Source of the DNA: the human T2T-CHM13v2.0 reference genome, Homo sapiens
Reading direction: 5' to 3' (one strand)
Assembly: GCF_009914755.1 (NCBI RefSeq)
Contig: NC_060925.1
Length of the DNA: 64,000 bases
Below the pieces are notes generated by a model. The model had not been told where the DNA came from. It saw only the letters and a list, made by a program, of their open reading frames with translations, and did no database searches. This document shows positions 60,518-64,000 of this stretch, piece after piece (the first letter of the stretch is position 1; each line of letters begins with the position of its first letter). Position numbers and translations under genes: made by a program.

Positions 60518-60652
60518 TGATATTGGCAATGTTTTCAGGCAAAGTCTTCTTAATCACTCAAATCAGATGATGAATAAGTTCATCTCAATGATAAATGTTT
60601 TAGCTGCCTTGTTGTCCTGTATTTTATAGGTACTACTCCACCTCTGTGGTTG
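60518..60652. repeat. Copy 2 of the unexplained ~135-bp diverged direct repeat
   Basis: Same five shared blocks in the same order as 58857-58995. Confidence 0.9.
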
Positions 60653-62024
60653 AAGATCAAGGGCTCAAGTACTGAGAAAGGCCACCAAGAAACCCAAGCA
60701 GTGTGACTCTTAATACAAAACAAGAAATTAATCTACTGCTAGCTTAAAATCTTCAAACGTTTGCATTAGTAAGAATAAAGATACACTCAACTATGTTAAA
60801 AAAAAGTTAATTGAATATGACCCACCTGCAAACTAATATGATTGTATGTACTGTGCACAATGGCCATGTGTTTTGCATATTGTTGTTTTCAAGGGAACTA
60901 TGATTGCAATTTTGATTAATTGGACTAGTTCTTGAATTTAGGATCAAACTGAAAGCTGTATAATTTCTTAGGCCCGTTTAATGTCCTTTACATACTTTAT
61001 TGGAGGTCTTGAAAATCATTTTTAAAAACTGAAATTCGTTTTTGTCCTAATCCCCTAGAGATTGATGCAGTGAAATTTATCATGCCATGATGATTAAAAA
61101 TGCTGAAATGACTCATGATATAATTAGAGATTTTTTTAATCCAAGTCAAGCCTATGAACTACATCTAAAACTGGTTCACTTTAAAGTATCCCAAACAAAT
61201 TTAGCGGCTTATACAAAGACATAGTAGGAGAGAACAAGGAATACTATGAGACCTGCAGGAAAACCAATATGGCTAAAACACATGTAACAAAATGAAGAAA
61301 CTTTTACTCTTTTGGCAACTAGTACAAGAATTCCTCTAAGAATATAACACCATATTTTAAGGAAATATTTTAATAAGCTACATGGGATGAGAGACAAGAT
61401 CTTAAGGGACATAGTCAAGCTAAAAATGATGGTAACTAAACAAGAATGGAATATGCAAATAGAAGAACACTTTGTTTTGGTGAGCCCTTTGATGGAGTTA
61501 GATAAAGCCAAATTGCTCAGTACAATAAAGAAATGAATGTAAAGAACTTGGAGTGAGGGTACGGGCTGGATCCAAAAAGGCTATATGCCTTGGGAGGAAG
61601 ATAAAGACCAAAACAGTCCTTGGAGTGCCACAGCTAAGAAAAAATTTTGGGGAAAAAAATCTCAAATGGTTATTACTATACCAAGTATAATAAAATATCT
61701 CCCTCATCTCCCCATAAATTCCTTGTTTCTCACTAAGACTTTTATAAATGTGGGTTTGGGAAAGATAATATGATGATATGCAAGAGTTCTATGTCTACGA
61801 GGGTGTAATATTTTTAAAAATAATGGATAGGGAACAGCTGGCATCTGAGCTTACATACCGTGTATGAGGAAAGTGAGAAGGGATGAGTCTGGAGGAATGA
61901 GCAGGACAATTTTATGAGGGGCTATGAGAGCAATCTTAAAAATTGCGCACCTTGTCCTAGGGCAAATAGGAAACAGTTAAAAAGATTTAAGGAGGGGAAA
62001 AACATCATCAGGTTTATAATTTTA

Positions 62025-62343
<319 letters not shown>

Positions 62344-62545
62344 AGAATATTCTGGCAGCAATCCAGAGAATGGGTTGGAGGAAGCAATGTTAGAGGCAAA
62401 AGGAAAGTTTGCAGCAATCCAGGTAAGAAATGTTAATAGCCGGAACTGGTAAAACAGCAATAGAGATGGAGAGAAATAGACAAACTAGACATATTTAAAA
62501 GTTATAACAAATGAGCCTTAGTAATTGATTGGATGTGGAAAACAG

Positions 62546-62712
62546 ACTGACCAATCTTCCTCTTATTTTCAGAACTGAGGGGATTCTACAATGTGGCAGT
62601 TCCAGTTTAAAAGTGGAGACAGCTCTGAACAAACCATGACAGTTTGCATGGAACGGAGGGGTTCCACATGCTAAAACCAGAAAAGTCCTGAGAAAACTGG
62701 GACCCAGTTTCT
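62546..62712 (+). mobile_element. MER81-like (hAT-Blackjack) MITE, apparently two tandem degenerate copies
   Basis: tgaccaa...actgagggg...caaacc..gacagtt followed by gtttgc..ggaac.gaggggtt...tgctaaaaccagaaaagtcctg. Confidence 0.45.
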
Positions 62713-63859
62713 GGCTTAGGAATGAAGTAATCAGTCTATGAGACAGGGAAGGCAGCAACAGGAACAGATTCAGGTGGGAAGAGGATGCTGAGTTTCGTTG
62801 TTGAACGTGTTCAGTTTCAGGAGCCAATAGGACTCCAAGAATAAATATCCAAAAGAATTATCAAATTCTTTTCAGAATTTGATAATCAAGAGGGAAAGTT
62901 AGATCTAAAATATAGTTTTGAAAGTTATCAGCACTTGAGGCTATGTATGCGAATGAACAAGATTGTCCAGGGATAATTTATACAGATATTAGGGAGGGAA
63001 AGAGAGGGACAGCAAGGAAAGGGGAGGGGAGGGGAGGGGAGAGAAGGGGACTGAGAACAGAATTCTGGTAAATATCAATACTTACAAGATATGCAAAGGT
63101 GACTGAAATGGAGCAGCTAAAATGGCAAGATAAAAACCAAGAGTACATTGTCTGGAAGTCAGGGCAAGACAATATTTGAAGAAGGAGGCGAGGTCAGTGT
63201 CAAGTGCTACAGACAAACTAGGTAAGACAGAGGCTGAAAATTATCCTTTGGATTTAAGAGCAAGAAAATCATTATTGATCTTAGTGAAAGCAGTTTCAGA
63301 GAAATAGTAGGAGAAGCAAGACTGAGGAATGAATGGCAGATAAGAAAGCAAAGATAGGGAGATAAGGATAAAGATACCTCTTTTTGAAAGTTTCAAAGGA
63401 GGTGAGATATAAGGAGAGTAGAAGGAGAGATGTAGCATTGAGGGAAAGTTTTTTATAATAATTATCTTAGCACAGGATCTCTAGGAGCCTGAAGTAGGAC
63501 TAAACACTGTTCTTTTTCTGTGAGATTCAAGCCCAGGGAAGTGAGGGTGAGGAAAAGGGGAAAATTGGACAAGATGAGATGCAAAGCTGTGTTGAAGCAC
63601 TGATTGCCACTTCACAATGAGCCATGAAGAAACAGAACAGGTTGCTCATCACGTGTATTTGCAGGCCTTTTTGAGGGACTGTGAGAAGAAATTTCACCTC
63701 AGAGTAGTGCGTGGAGAGGAGATGAATTGAGAGTTTACCTTATGCTTTCCTACTCTGGAATCTCACTGGTCAAGGCTCATCTCATAGTTTGTTTTGCTTT
63801 TCTAATTCCTTGAGGTGAATCATTAGGTGGTTTGTGTGAAATCATTCTGTTTTAATGTA

Positions 63860-64000
63860 ACCATGTTTTAATTTTTCCTCTTAGTACTGCTTTCCATATG
63901 TCCATAGATTTGGTATGCTGTGTTTCTGTTTTCATTTGTTTCCAAAAATGTTTTCACTTCCATCTTAATTTTTTCATTTGCCCATTGGTTGTTCAGGGCA
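63860..64000 (-). mobile_element. Old L1 ORF2 fragment running off the window
   Basis: ttcctcttagtactgcttt...ccataga.ttggtatg.tgtgttt..ttttcatttgtt...cccattggttgttcagg. Confidence 0.8.

Noticed and set aside
61209-61773. Cluster of short ORFs in non-Alu sequence
   Set aside because: No recognisable domain, codon pattern or splice pair; part may be a decayed CR1/L3 fragment that I cannot confirm

Overview
This is 64 kb of primate (human-like) nuclear DNA dominated by old transposable elements. No intact protein-coding gene, RNA gene or CRISPR array can be supported. Main contents in order: a degraded ERVL provirus (HERV16/LTR16-like, ~6.65-11.5 kb) whose RT is split by a processed RPL36A pseudogene; a full-length L1MA element (~12.8-25.4 kb) carrying a nested L1PA7/8-like copy, five Alus and an internal inversion; a two-LTR HERV-L/MLT2A2 provirus (27.3-34.5 kb); a THE1D MaLR provirus abutting an L1PA12-14-like element (49.2-56.8 kb); about 27 Alu/FAM copies; and scattered L2, MIR, MLT1, hAT-Charlie and old L1M fragments. 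Most ORFs in the track are Alu, L1 or ERV remnants or chance ORFs. The best non-repeat signals are a candidate minus-strand spliced 5' exon pair at ~1.5-2.3 kb with a duplicated acceptor, and an unexplained ~135-bp diverged direct repeat at 58.9 and 60.5 kb. Several unusual insertion or repair scars are also present: a triple TSD, a tailless Alu and snap-back inverted insertions. I see no convincing evidence of a new biological system. Subfamily names come from remembered consensus features and coordinates are hand-counted, so both should be confirmed with RepeatMasker/Dfam.
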